Positions 36,501 to 52,049 of a stretch of DNA of 64,000 bases are shown here, piece after piece. Both the position numbers and the translations under genes were made by a program. Source of the stretch: Cycas panzhihuaensis (Eukaryota; Plantae; Cycadophyta); NCBI GenBank assembly GCA_023213395.1, contig CM041465.1, positions 169,267,741 through 169,331,740 of the forward strand, read 5' to 3'. Below the pieces are notes generated by a model that saw nothing but the letters and a program-made list of their open reading frames with translations, was not told where the DNA came from and searched no databases. The number at the start of each line of letters is the position of its first letter. Within the stretch, counting starts at the first letter, position 1.

Positions 36501-37739
36501 TTTTGACTAAATTCATGACCTATTCTAAGGAAAACCACTAGCAGGTGGTAATATAAGTGTTAAAGTACCTGAAGGTGACTAATAAATATGGTCTATTGTA
36601 TGAATGCAATGAAGAGTTTAAGCTTCTTACATACATAGACTCAAATTTTGTCAAAGATAAAGATACTAGTAGATCCACATCTAGGTATATAATATTTCTT
36701 AGCATAACAACAATTTCTTAGAAATCAAAATGACAAAAGATTATAATAGACTCAACTATAGAAGCCAAATATATTACTGCATCCAAGACTAGTAAAGAGG
36801 TGATATGGTTTAAAAAATTATTACATATTTTGGATATCACCCAAATAAGTCCTACCATCTTGCATGTGGATAATCAATTTATAATCTATATGGTAAAGAA
36901 TCCTATTTTTTATGATTGTACCAAGCATATTAGTATGAAAGTCTACATGATTAGAGAACTTATTCATAATGAGCACTACCCCATAGCAGACCAAATTACT
37001 ATTATCTTTACCAAACCACTACAAAAGATGAAGTTTGAATAGTTCGGGTAATAATTAGACTTAAGGGCCTCTATCTCCACTTGACTTTAGGAGATGGCAT
37101 AGGTACAATATGCTAATATAACATATTAGCAAGTCTTTACTTTATCCCATTTGTGAAAACTCCTCATGGGTATGAAAGGATGAGGGTTATACCAGCTTTG
37201 AAAAATTGAAACTTGTGAAAACCCAAAAGGGCATAGGAAATGATCAAATAGTATTTAGAGACTTAGTAGATTTTAACTACACATTCATTTGGTCTAATTA
37301 GCTATTCAGCTTTATTCAAAAGACACCTAAGCCAATTTATTAGCTTAAAAAGTTTGTGGGTTTTCTTCTCCATGAGGGTTTTCCACAAAAGTATCAAAGT
37401 AGTTTTCTTTATAAGAGACTCAAATGAAGGTCGCCTCATAGGTCAGAGTGACCTTCCACCATTAAGAGGGGGATTGAAGTAAGTTAAGGCCACAAAGTCA
37501 TAGTATTAGTTTATTATTCCTTAAAGGGTCTTAGGTGAATATTACATTAGATTACTTAAATGAAATGCATTTTCATATGTATTATATATAATTTCATCTT
37601 ATTAGGAAAAACCTTAAGCCTCATTGATCTTACTCATCAATATCTAAAGTGAGATCTCAATAAAGGAAAATAATTCTTACCTTCCCATTGTGAAAGCTCT
37701 CCTTACTCTCCATCCTTCTCTTGCTCCTCTTATTTGCAT
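30502..37739 (+). mobile_element. Near full-length degenerate Ty1/copia element
   Basis: Paired LTRs (30502-~30765, 37475-~37739); PPT AAGAGGGGGA at ~37464-37473. Gag from ~32617, integrase (ITFIDDFT, RTNNGIEY) at ~34450-34700, RT at ~35640-36300, RNase H (QITIIFTKPL) to ~37040. TSD-like TTCTG/TTGTG. Confidence 0.88.
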
Positions 37740-38849
37740 TTGTGTTAAGTGGTGGAATTACATGCTAGATCCTCCTTTTATTCTATTGTTTCTTCTTCTT
37801 TTTACTAGTGTTTGTAGATTGTCCTTGTGCTTTAGTTTTTCTCCTCTTATTAGTAGCCTACAATGTAGTTTGAGTAAGATCACCCTCATCTTCTTCTTTC
37901 TCTTCCTCTTCTTCTATAGTTAATGTCTTAATTATCCTCAAGTCCCATGCCTCTCCTTTACTTCCAATATCATATGCTAGATCTTACTTTCGTATGAGAT
38001 GACCATCTTCTTAGTTCTTATGCTTCTCTAGATTATCCAATTCATGTTCAACTAAATTCATCTTAATACTCATCATATATTGAGTCATCATCCCATCTAG
38101 ATCATAATACCTAGGCAGTGTCCTCTTTAAATTATAATCCATAGTTAGTGGCTTACCCACCTCTTCTACTCCAAACCTCCTAAAAGCATTTTAGTATCCA
38201 ATATATATAGAATAGGATTAATATAGTACATTTTTGAACTTAGGATATAACTTATCTCTTATTAATGATAGTTGCTTATAGATCTCTATATAGAATATAA
38301 AGAGAAATAAAATAGAGGAACAATAAATAATAGAACTTAAATAGTGTAAAAATTAAATATCCTTAGAATATTTATTTATTATAGTTCTATAGTTAAAGAA
38401 TTATAGAGAGAAGATCCCAATTCTTAAATCCTCATCTTCATCCAACCTTTTTTTATAATTCTATTTTAGAAGTATATATAAATATAATTTTACATGAAAT
38501 TAACTAGTGGTGTTACAATATAATGGGCATATACCATGGGCTTGAAAAGGCCCTATAAGACACTTAAAATTTTTTCATATAATATCTTGCCCCTGAACTC
38601 CTACCTAGGGGCTGCTGGTCCCTTAAACTCCCCCACTATGGGGCCCTTTCTCAAGCCCCTAGACCCCTTAAAAGGGCTCAAATGTAATGTTTATATCCAT
38701 GTAACACTTGTAAAATGTTTAACATATCCAATAGAATAATCTAGTAGGATAATACCTAGGCAGGTATATTGATAACCCTTTATAGCCATAGAGTTAGATA
38801 GTAGTATAATCCTTAAATAAATAAAAATTTTGATTTGATTTATCTTCCC

Positions 38850-41800
38850 CTTTCAACCATGGTTTTACATCTTGATTAATCCTAGACACTAGGAGAAGTA
38901 TTTAGGATAGTGGATATACACTAATGAGTTCCAATATCTATGTAATTAGGTCAATCAATAACTTGATAAACAAATATAGATAGATATATATATATTTGGG
39001 CTTAAAGAATGCATCCAAATGCACCTGCAGACGATCTCCCTATCTACTCTTAAAGATGTAATTAACATGGATAAACTAGTAGAAGCAGAGTTTGCTACAG
39101 AAAAACCTCCTCCATTCAGATGAGACTCCACCTGGCTTTCACGATCTCGATAAGCTAATATTGCCTAGTCCCAAAGACCATGTCCAACTGACTACTAATG
39201 ATCGCGCCCATGACTAGATGACATGCCATCTTCATCTCTCGAGCAATGCATTGAGGAACCATCTTCAAGGTCCATACACATAACTCCAACAGAGGCACAA
39301 CCTTGTCGAGAAGTTGGTTTATGTACGTAATATTCTAAGAAATGGACCTCTGGTCACGATAGAATTTGCAAAGCTAGGAAGATGGTCTTCACAATTGACC
39401 CTAACTTATCTTTGGAGGATGACCTTGAGACTGAGTATGACTATGACGATGAACCCTAAGACCACTCTACTAATGAGTTGCCTCTAAATCTTAAACTTGA
39501 AGTTTCCTTATCAACTATTACCTCTACTACATATCCTAAACCACTCCAAGTCAAAGGAATACTTTGAAAAATCCTAATTACTATTTTGATCAATGGTGTT
39601 ATGTCACTAAATTTTATTGATATCTCCATTTCTCAATAGTTGAATCTTAAATAGAACCTGAAACATACTTTACCTACTCCTTACTTAGTCATCACACCCT
39701 TCATTGTGCAGGAATAATAAAAAACCTCACAGTTCATATTAGCTCATATACCCTTGTCTCTAATTTTTATGCCTTATCCATAGGTGGGTCAGATGCAATT
39801 CTTGGCATACAATTGCTCCAAGATCTAGGAACATATAGCACTAATAACTCACTCACGATCCCATTCATTATATTCAAAGATCACATGGGTCATTTACATA
39901 AACTTTATATGGGATACAAGCCACCCCAAATAAAGCAATCTCACCCACTCAAATATGCTGACAACTTAATAGTAAAATAGGATACATCATTCATCTCAAC
40001 CATATCTAGGCCCCTTCAGAGATTCACCCTGATATCCAGTCAGTATTGGATTGATACTAATCTATATTTTCTCCGTTACTTGCTAGTCCCCTACTTGATT
40101 AAGGTTGTTATCACACTATTGAGTTACAAAATTCACATGACCCAATTATCCTTCAACTATATAAAAACTCCTATTTAAAAAAAAAAAAAAAAATCGAAAA
40201 AATCACAAGGGAATTGCTAGATATGGGCATTATCCAACCTAGTAAAAGCCCGTATGCGGCACCCATCATTTTAGCTCACAAAAAGGACAACTCTTTCCAA
40301 CTTTATGTTGACTATCATGCACTCAATAAAATCACCATAAAAAACAAGTTCCCCATGTCGCGAATCGATGATTTATTAGATGAGATCCATGGTGCTACAA
40401 ATTTTACCAAACTCAATTTAGAGTCAAGATATTACCAAATCCTTATCTGGTTAGAAGATTGACATAAAATATCTTTTCGAACCTACCATAGCCACTTCAA
40501 GTTTTAGGTCATGCCCTTTAGCCTATGTAATGCTCTGGCTACCTTTCAAGCCCTCATGAATAAGATCTTTTCTCTATACCTATGAAAATTTATCATTATC
40601 TTCTTTGACAATATTCTTATCTATAGCTCAAACATGCCTACTCATATCTTGCATTTAGAAACAATACTTCAAATCTTAGCTGAGAATAAACTATATGCTA
40701 AACTCTCTAAATGTAAGTTTGATAAATTTGAACTACAATACCTTGGTCATATTATATCCTTTGTAGGGGTTTGGGTGGATCCTAATAGAATCTTTATCAT
40801 CACCAATTGGCCAACCCTAAAAACCCTAACCAAATTGCAGCCTTTCTAAGGGCTTACCGAATTCTATCATCGGTTCATTCAAAATTACACCACTCTAATC
40901 ACCTCCTTAACCCACTTACTTTGGAAGGATTCCTTCCAATGGTATCCCTCAACTAATGAAGCCTTCCTCCATCTAAAGGAGGTCATGACAACCACCCTAT
41001 TTTTGGCCTCTCTTAACTTTACTCAACCTTTCTAATTAGAATGCGATGCCTCTAGGTTTGGATTAGGTGTAGTCTTAATGTGGGATTTCTACCCCATTAC
41101 CTTTGAAAGTCACAAACTCAAAGATCATGAGTGTAGACTATCTACATATCAAAAAGAAATATGGGACATCCTCCACGCTATTGACAAATGGTAATAATAT
41201 CTACTTGGTTCTAAATTTACTATGCTCATCGATCGTTATAGCCTTCGTCGCTTACTAGATCAACTGGTCCTCTTAGAAGAGTAGGCTAAATGGGTTGATC
41301 TCCTATAAGTTTTTGACTTTATAGTCACACATAAAAGGGGAAAGATAATATTGTGGTAGATGCTCTCTCGAGGCTACCTTCCCTTACACTTGACGATAAC
41401 ACCTGTCACATTGAGGATCCCACCATTTATGCTATTTCTTCCCCATAACTAACATGTATACAAGACTTAGCGACAACTAACCAATCCTAACCAGATTTCT
41501 CATACTGGGTTGATAAGGTCCATACTCATAAGGATTGATCCATCCATAATAATATTCTCTTATACTAAAATTGCATATTTGTACATCCCCACTCAGCTTT
41601 TATTTCATGAATTTTATCAGAATATCATTCTTCCCCTCTTTGTGGTCATTCTAGTTTTGATAAAACTTATCGTAAGATATGTTCTGACTTCTTTTGGATA
41701 GAAATGAAATCCTCTATCATTACCTTTGTCTTTGAATGTGACACATGGCAATATAATAAAGCTAACATGAAACCCCAACTAGGCCTCCTTCAACCGTTAC

Positions 41801-43275
41801 ACATCCCACATGGTAAATGGAAAGATATTGCCATGGACTTTATTATGGGCTTACCACTATCTACTAGATATAACTCTATTTTATAGACATAGATAGGTTA
41901 ACAAAATATACCCACTTCTTACCTATCCACACAGCTTATAAGGCTCCATGTATCAATGACATTTATCTCCAGATAATATTTCATTTACATGATTTTCCAT
42001 CCACTATCATATATGACCACAATCTTAAATTCACTAGCTCCTTCTCGCAGGAGCTATTTTATGCATTGGGAACATCATTTAACATGCATTTGGTATACCA
42101 CCCACAGACTAATGGCCAATCTAAGGTCCTTAATAAAACTTTAGAGACCTACTTACGTTGCTTTGCATCTGACCGCCAATCTAAATGGACATCATGGTTA
42201 GTTCTAGTTGAGTATTGGCATAACTTACATTATTTAGCTATTGGAATGTCCCCATTTTTGGCTCTCTATGGGTATCCCCTATTGTCCCACCACACCTTGG
42301 GCACTAACCTTTACACGACAACAGTACAATAAAAACTACAACATATGGACCAAATTCTCCACACCCTTAAACAAAACCTATCCATGGCTCAGAATTAAAT
42401 GAAATAATTAGCAGACTACCACCGTTGTGATCACTCCTTCAATATTGGTGATCTTGTATTCCTTCATCTCCAACCTTATAAGCAACAATCCCTTTGCCAT
42501 CATAAGAATCACAAACTTAGCCCTTGATATTATGGCCCCTATAAAGTCCTTGGACGCATTGGTGAAGTTATATATACTCTTGACCTTCCCTCTATTACCA
42601 ACATCCATAATATTTTTTACGTATCTTATCTTCGAAAGTATCTAAGCAAAACCCATATCCCCTAGACAACCCTTCTAATTCTATGTGAAGAGCAAACCTT
42701 GTCCATACCTCCAAAATATATATTGGCTAGTAGACAAGGCCGCCTATGAAATCAGTCCATTTCAAAATATTTGATATAGTATGCAAGCTGTAACTTGAAT
42801 GAAGCAACTTGGGAATCCGATGATTTTATCAAAAAGCATCCACATCTCGCATGCCTTGAGAACTCAACATCTCAGGGGAGGGTATCTGTTACATAACTCA
42901 TCTTGTGAAGTTCTGTAAAACACTATTATACGAAGAACTATTAGGAGGTTAAGAGATAAAGTTAATTATGGAACTACATACATGAGCTAATAAGTTGGCC
43001 AATGGTATGTAAGGTTACTATGCCATCTAATAGAATGTAAGGTCACTTAGGCCACCAATAGGATTGCATGTAAGAGTCATAGATTGTAAATGATAGTTAT
43101 CTTAATATAAATTTTTATAAAGATTATGCTACGGTACTCTCTATTTTGGTGATCATTTGGTGCTCTTATGTTCTTATGAGATTCTCTGTTAATTTATTTG
43201 CCTTATTGGAAAGAATGAAGTAGTTATGATTGCCATTTTTTGCTATCTCAAGGAGCACTTATGAGAAGAAACATC
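38850..43275 (+). mobile_element. Degenerate chromovirus-type Ty3/gypsy element
   Basis: RT (IIQPSKSPYAAPIIL, DYHALNKITIKNKFP), RNase H (ECDAS), integrase (WKDIAMDFIMGLP, YHPQTNGQS) and chromodomain-like end. PPT GGGGAGGG at ~42875-42882, then TGTTAC at 42887 (probable 3' LTR). Confidence 0.88.
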
Positions 43276-43279
43276 GCAC

Positions 43280-46200
43280 CCAACTTATCTTTGAATTTAT
43301 AAAATTTAATTTTACCTAATGCTTTCGTGAAGAGTCTACTAGTTGGTCTTTGGTGATATAATATGCTAATTCAATTTCTCTTGCTTGTACTAGCTCTTAA
43401 ATAAAATGATGCTACATCTCAATATGGTTCATTCTGCTATGAAAAATTAGGTTATTTACCATATGTATTATACTCAGATTATTACACCAAATTCTTGTAG
43501 GCCCTTTCTATTTTAATTGAAAGTCTTATAATAGTCTTCTCAACCATACTATTTCATATGTGCCAGTAACTACTACGTTATATTTTGCTTCGACTATAGA
43601 TAGAGGGATTGTATTTTGTTTTTTAGTGCTCCATGTTATAGCTACTGAACCCATATTGAAAATATAACCTATAGTTGATTTTATATTGTCGATGTCACTT
43701 GCCCAATTTAAATATATATAATCTGTCAACCAAAAGTTTGATGAAGCTTTATAGTAAAGACCATATTCTAAACTACCTTGAAGATAATAAAGAATTATTT
43801 TGGCTGGTTACCAATGAGTAGTCTTTAAGTCTTGCATGAATTTGGATACAACACTGTTTGAATGTATTATATCTAGTCTAGTGGATGTTAAGTAGATCAA
43901 ACTACCAATTAGCTATCTATAGAGTATAAGATTAATTGGTGTAGATTCATCCAATTTAGAAAGCTTAATTCTTGTTTCTACTAGAGTTTCCAATGATTTA
44001 CAGTCAGTCATCCTAAACTTTTTTTAATAGATCTAGGGTATATTTCCATTAGGAGATGAAAATTCTATTCTTATCCTATCATACTTCCAAACCTAGGAAG
44101 TAATGTATTAATCCCAAATCTGTCATTTTAAACTCCTCACACATGGCTTTCCTAAAGTTTTATAAAAGATAGGAGTCATTTTTAGTATAGACAAGATCAT
44201 TTACATAGAGTCCCATAATTATGATAGAATCTCCCTTGATTTTGATGTAAAGATTTGGGTCTGCATGAGATATTTCAAAGCCTTAATCTCTAAAGTATTT
44301 GTCAATTTAGGAATACCAAGCCCTGGGTGCTTATTTCAAATCATAAAGTTCTTTCTTGAGTTTATACACTTTGTTTTCTTTCCCCCTGACTTCAAAACTT
44401 CGGGGTGAAGAGACATAGATATCCTCTTCAATATAACCATTGAGAAAAGCACTTTTGACGTCTATTTGATAAATTTTCGATCCCATTTAAGTTTCCAAAC
44501 TCATCATCATTCAAATTATTTCTATTTGAGTAACATGAGCAAATGTCTCAATGTAGTCAATGTCTTCTCTTTGGGCATAACCTTTGGCGACCAATCTAGC
44601 TTTGTATTTATCGATTGATCCATCATAGCAAAACTTGGTTTTATAGATATGCTTAGTACAAATTACTCTTTTATTTGAAGGTAAGTTAACTAATTCCCAA
44701 GTGTCATTTTTAATAATTGAGTGATATTTATCTTCCATCGTCTCTCTCCAAGAAGCATGCGTACTAGCCTCATCAAAGGTTTGAGGTTCATGGGACCCTA
44801 AAACTTTACTCATGAGGGAAAAGTTTACCCTATGTGAGTGAGTGGATCTTTAATTACTATCCAAAAATATTACTTACATCATGATTACTTTGAACCCATT
44901 TTAGAAGATTTTGTAGTGGAGGATGACAGGAGGTTCCCTCCCTACTTGGTTCATTGATGACTCGTCTAGAGTCAAACATAGGAGGTACATATTTTGATTT
45001 GGCAGATTTGTTAAAATTGATTATTACTTCTTTTCTCTTTTCTTGATTATCTTGATAACATCCTGAAACTTAACATCTCTACTCAACATGACCCTCTTTG
45101 ACTTAAGATCATAGACTTTGTATGATTTAGAAGTTTCACTATAGCTAAAAAATATACACTTGATACTATGGTCATCCAACTTAGATCTCCTTTGGTCAGG
45201 AACATGTACATAGGCTAGGAACCCAAAGACTCTTAAGTGATATATGCTTGTCTTATAGCCTATCCAAGCTTCTTAAGGTGTCTTCCACCTTAGGCCTTTG
45301 GTGGAGTACCTATTGAGGAGATAAATAGATGCATGGACTACTTCTGCCCAAAACTCATAGCCCAAGTTTTTATCCTTCAACATGCACCTTGCTATTTCTA
45401 TAATGGTGTGATTTTTCCTTTTAGCTACACCATTTTATTAAGGGGTGTAGGGATTGGTGAGCTACTTTATAATCCCATGATGTACATAATATGCCTTAAT
45501 TCATTAGAGATGAATTCTCCCCCATTATCGAATCTTAGAAAGAGAAGTTTGTGCCCACTTTGTTGCTCTATAAATATTTTGAAGTTAACAAAGTGTTGAA
45601 ACAAATCTGATTTAAACTTAAGGAAGAATTCCCACATCTTCCTAGTGTAGTCACCAATGAATGTAATGAAATAACATGTACCTACTAATGAGGGGACATC
45701 CATAGGACCATAGATATATATATTGACTAGCTTAAGTAGATCGGTTGCTCGATAACTAAAATCTAGAAAGCTTTCCCTATGTTATTTACCAAGTCAGTAT
45801 CCCTCACATATGGTTTTATCCACTTCAATGTTAGGCAACCCATTAACCATGCCTATTCTTTTTATTAGGGCTAAACTATTATAGTTGAGGTGTCCAAATC
45901 TCTTATGCCATAAGTCACTATCTAATTTAACTATAGTTCTTAAGGTATAGGTATCTGATGGAGGAAGGACAAGTTTGAATAGCCTATCTTTTGTTATTTT
46001 TCCTTTTGCAACAATTGCCTTATTTCTTCTCTTGTCCTTGATTGTACACTCACCATTATCAAAGATGACCTTGTAGTCATGACCCATCATCTACCCTACT
46101 GATAATAGATTTTTGTTTAAGATAGGAATATACAATACATTATCGAGGTGTTTATGCTCTTCTATATATGTCATGAGAGCTATGCTGCCTCTTCTAACTG

Positions 46201-47470
46201 ATTCATAGGATATATCATCTCCAAACATTATTGAACCTCTTTTGCTTTTGTCCAAGGTACATAATAAATATTCCTTATGAGTAATGTGGGTGGAGCAACT
46301 TGAGTCAATGTACCAACTATCATCTTCTTCTTCTTTGGCATTGAAACTAGATAGGAAAAGTCTATTATTATCCCTTATCTCTTTTATGGTATTTGCACTT
46401 CCTTTGGTAAGTGGTCCATGTTTTGAAAAATATTTGTCTTTTGTGTGACCACTATGATAACAATAGGAGTAGTATAGGGTCTCTCTTCTCCTATAGCTTA
46501 GACTTCGACTTCATGGATGAGTTCTTTCAATGTAGGATGATCTCCCCTTTTTCTCATAATGTAGAACTAGATTTTCCCTTTGTCTATTATTATAATAATC
46601 CTGATTTGATCTTGTAGCTTAGACATTTCCATGGTAATTTGGATAACATGAGTATGCCTCATGTTGTTTCTTCTAATTTAGATACCTAGGAGGATTTACA
46701 TTTTATTGGTTTGCTCCTTATCTCATTTGATGAGGAGCTTGATATTTATGTAGATCTTATCACAAACCCCTTCTAGGATTTCTATCCCTTCTCTTAGGAG
46801 ATGATTCTTTGGATTTTGATGTACCTACTTGAAAATGAGATTGAATTTAAACCTTGGTAGTAACGGCATACTCAAGGGATTTATTTATATTTTGTTGCTC
46901 CTCAACTGACATCAACATGGTACTTAGTTATTCCACCTTTAGTGTGCTTAGATCTTTAGAAATCCTTGTGCTTATCACTACCATTTCAAACCTTCTTACA
47001 TCACTTACATACCTCAATATTCTTTCCACTACTCTTTGCTTTGTTAATATATCTCTAAGTGATTTCATCTGGTTTACTATATCTTAGACTTTAGTCATGA
47101 ACTCTATTATATATTTTGTTGGCATTATTTGTAAGTTTCCAAATTTGCTCCTTAAGTTTTGAAGCTTAGATGATACAACTCCTTTATAAATTAACTAGAG
47201 GGTGTTCTATACTTCTTTTTACTTAGTTGACTCACTAACGTGTGGGAAAATATGATCTCCTAATGCATAAAATATAAGGAAAAGAGCTTCACTGTCCTTT
47301 TTAACATTTTCTTTATAAGCTACCTTTTTAATGTTGGTGGCATTCTGACCTAACTCACTGTAGTATATTTTCATAATCTCCCACATGTCATTAGTAATAG
47401 GGATGGGTCCCATCCTCCTACTCTAATTTAGAAAATTATTACCATTAAATTTTAGGATTATCATATTTCC
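43280..47470 (-). mobile_element. Degenerate Ty1/copia gag-pol
   Basis: Gag (47219-47413), GAG-pre-integrase LWHKRFGHLN, integrase LRFDNGGEF, RT YKARLVAKGY, RNase H WSTKKQNTIPLS. LTRs not resolved. Confidence 0.9.
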
Positions 47471-49781
47471 AAAGTTTAATGCTATCTCTTACTTAAAGTT
47501 TTAAAAACTATAGATAAAGTAAGGTTTTTAAAGATTTGATTTTAAAAATTAACCCAAGAAGTAATATTTAAAGTTTTACCCAAGGTTTTGCAAGTGTCCT
47601 AGTCCCTAATAGGGCTTCTAGGCTCTAAGTCCAAGGGTCTCCAAGGGAAACCTTTAATTGCTATTCTATCTAGTGGTGCTTACCCACAAATGGCAAAACA
47701 AAGACCCAATATACTTATACATGAGCTCAAGGCTTGATATACCTCAATTTGTGGGCTACTACAAAGGTTGTTACACTCCCCTGAATTATTAGTCCACATG
47801 TATTAGACTTATACCTAATGATAGATCTAGTGGTGAAGGTTTAACTAACTAAGGCACTCACCCTCTCTATGTCTAGTCTTAGTCTTTGAGCTCTAATAAA
47901 GACTGGTTCTCCACCTCAACCTACCACCTAATATACCTTATAGCTAATGACTCTCCTCATTCAATATGAGTAGGTCAATTGGCATATGCATGGTGGTAAC
48001 TTCAGGGGTCCTAACCATTCCTCTTGCAAGGCTGGAAAAGATGTGGTTAATTTGAGAAGTATTTTTCTTAATGTAAAAGTAAATTTTAATTAAATGTGGT
48101 CTTACTTAATTTCTCTAAGATTCTTTTGATTCAAGAGATGAAATAATATGCAATAAAGTAGATCTTTAAGTAGGACAAAATATATATCTCAAATAAAAAT
48201 ATGATGTAAAACTTTATAAAGTCACAATGAGCATAAGTAAAAGAATCAATATCCTCTTCTTCATTTAATGAACCAAAAATAAATGATAATATATAATCTA
48301 ATTATTTTAAATAGAGATACTCTTATAGGAATAAAATAAGAGAAAGTATGCACTTGTTTAAAGTGATATACTAAACAATAGAATCCTTAATCTTTTGGAA
48401 TATATAAATGAACTTTGAAACTATACTTTTATAAATTTAAGTTGAAAAGAGACTAAAGCTTTTGATAAAAATAAAGTAACTTCTTGACTAATATGCCACT
48501 TAATATTACAAGACAATGATATTGGAATTTGAGTACCAAAGAGTTCCTTTATAAGAACATAAACAACTATATAAAACTTGTAATTTTTAAGAAGAAACTA
48601 TGCTTAAAGTGATTAAAAGTGCCAAGAAATAGTTTATATTTAATTGATAATGCAAAGAATAAAATAAAATCAAGGTAAATAGTACCTATTTGATATATTA
48701 CTCCACTTAGGCTTCTTAAAGCTTAAAGAGTTAAAAATAATTCCATTAGCTACAAATAGCCTATAATCTATATAAAAAATCAATAAAAAACTCAAAAAAA
48801 CTAATTAGCTATAGATTATGCTCAAATATGATTAATTGAAATTAAATAAATGCTAAAAAATATTACTAAATGAATCTATTTAGGGATGAACTAGAGACTT
48901 AACTCAAGTAGATTCAAAGTCCTACAAAATTATGTTAAAATAAAATAAAACTAATTCCAACACAAAGAGCACTGAAACAACTTTTTGATGGTTCTTACGG
49001 TTTTGAAATTGAAGCTAAAATGATCAAGTTATTATGAAAACAATGAACAAATCTCTTTAAGGTTAGTAGAATAAGTACTGAAAAAAAAGTGGTCACTTTG
49101 GTTTATTAAAATTTATTTAAAATGGACTCAAATTAGTCAAGCAATAATACCATCATGAAGATCTCTGAAATATGGTTCTAACAAGACTGGTTTTGCTGAA
49201 ATCTGATACTCTAAGAGAAAGTTATAGTAAAAAGTGCAAGAAGCCCTCTTTAAGTATAAATAAAATGAGTAAGCCCCTTTCAAATGAGGAGCACGATCAC
49301 ATGGACATTACTAAAACCACTAGCTTAGTCTCAAGGGGAGTTGTAAACCTCAAAAGGTATATAATATGCTTAATGGATTTTAAAACCAAAAAGGATTAAA
49401 ACAGAGCTTATAAACTATCGCATTCACCTCTTTCTGAGCAAAAGAACGAGGTCACGTGGCTCTGAAGTGACCAAGGGCTCAACACAAGGGGGCTAAACCC
49501 TTTTAAAATTGATGGACCTGAAATATTATCAATAACACTCAAATTTTTATAAACTTTATTAAATCTTATAAATCAACAATATATAAAATCAATTCAAAAG
49601 GAAAGACACCATTACACAGGTCATCGTATGACTTCCAAAGACAATATAAAGGCTAAAAAATTAATTGATTTAATTGATTCAAGATACAGAGAGGGGGAGA
49701 GGGATCCAATCCTCCAATGAGATCTATCAAGAATGATTGAAATGAGTGAAGGAAAATTAAAAAAAAAATAAAAAAAAAATA

Positions 49782-50801
<1,020 letters not shown>

Positions 50802-52049
50802 AATAGGAAGAATGATGCAAATAAAGAATGGAGAGTATGAAGGCGTAAAGGAGGCTACAATCTCAAATGAATCTATCAATCAAAGGGTTAATTTGTTACT
50901 ATGAGAGGGGTGCCGTAGTCCTCCAGCTAGATCGAACACACAATCTATAAAAAAGAAATAAAAGAAATATATATATTTTTGTATATATTAAGTGGAAAAA
51001 AATGATGCTAAATGAGAGTGGGAGAAGAATGACTAATAAAGAGGTGAAACAGAGGTAAAAAACTCAAATTAATCACTAAAAAATGCACTTGAGAGACTTC
51101 ATAGGAGGCGCCTAAGGAGTGTGGACTCGATCCCATAAAAAAATTTCAAAAAAATACTTTGTACAAATAGAAAACAAATGAAAATGATGAAGAAACATGA
51201 GGAGGAGACTCAAATGATTCAAACTCTCTATAAAGGGCATAGTTTCTCATGAGATTTTAGGGGTAGATAGGTATACTAGATAGCAAGATACTAGTAAAAT
51301 TTTATGTTAAACAGTTGCTTGTAGGCTTAGAATAAAGCACCTGAGTGAATGGGCCAAAAAATGGTATGTAGTGACTTTCAGTAAGATTTCTCCTAGTAGA
51401 AGTGACGAAATTATATGTGGTTTCTTCTAGTGGCTAGAGAATTCGATTACAATTAGAATGAGTAGTCATATACTACTACTTTGATCAATGTGTAATCCAT
51501 AATCACGAGTTCTAAATCAACTATGTGTGGTTCTAAAATGGAAAAATAAAAAATAAACAAAATATAAATGAATATGTATAATTTTCTAAGGTTTTAATAA
51601 TGCCAATGATTAATAATTTACAATATCATACACATACCAAGATTACTTCCATAAAAGTAGGAGGTATTTAGGTCAGTATACTAAATGTTAGCTTCAAGGT
51701 GTAGAGCGGGAGGATTATAGGTCAGTATACATCATTTTGAAGTGTAAAATAATTTCCAAAAATAAACTAAATTATTAAAAAATATTAGGGAGGTATTTAC
51801 CACATGTAAATAGATCAATTTGGGGAGGCAGTAAGCACCTCAACCTAACCAATGTTTAGAATTTTAAAAATATTAAAATATTAAACAAACAATTGAATAA
51901 CTTACCTATGGTGGCTTTGCTAGCTCTTTATCAATTGCTGGTAGCTACTTGATGATGTTAGGTGGCTTGAGGTGTCCTAGGGAGGCTCAAGGTGGTATTG
52001 AGAGGCCCAAGATGCACACATGCACTAGTTAATTAGGCATTATCCCAAC

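Larger units (their letters stand above)
23980..38150. repeat. Old dispersed repeat, copy 1 (fragmented by three insertions)
   Basis: Colinear similarity to copy 2: 24000-25380~55200-56600; 26510-27267~56610-57370; 29451-30410~57370-58250; 30410-30500~60790-60880; 37750-38150~60910-61260. Confidence 0.8.
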
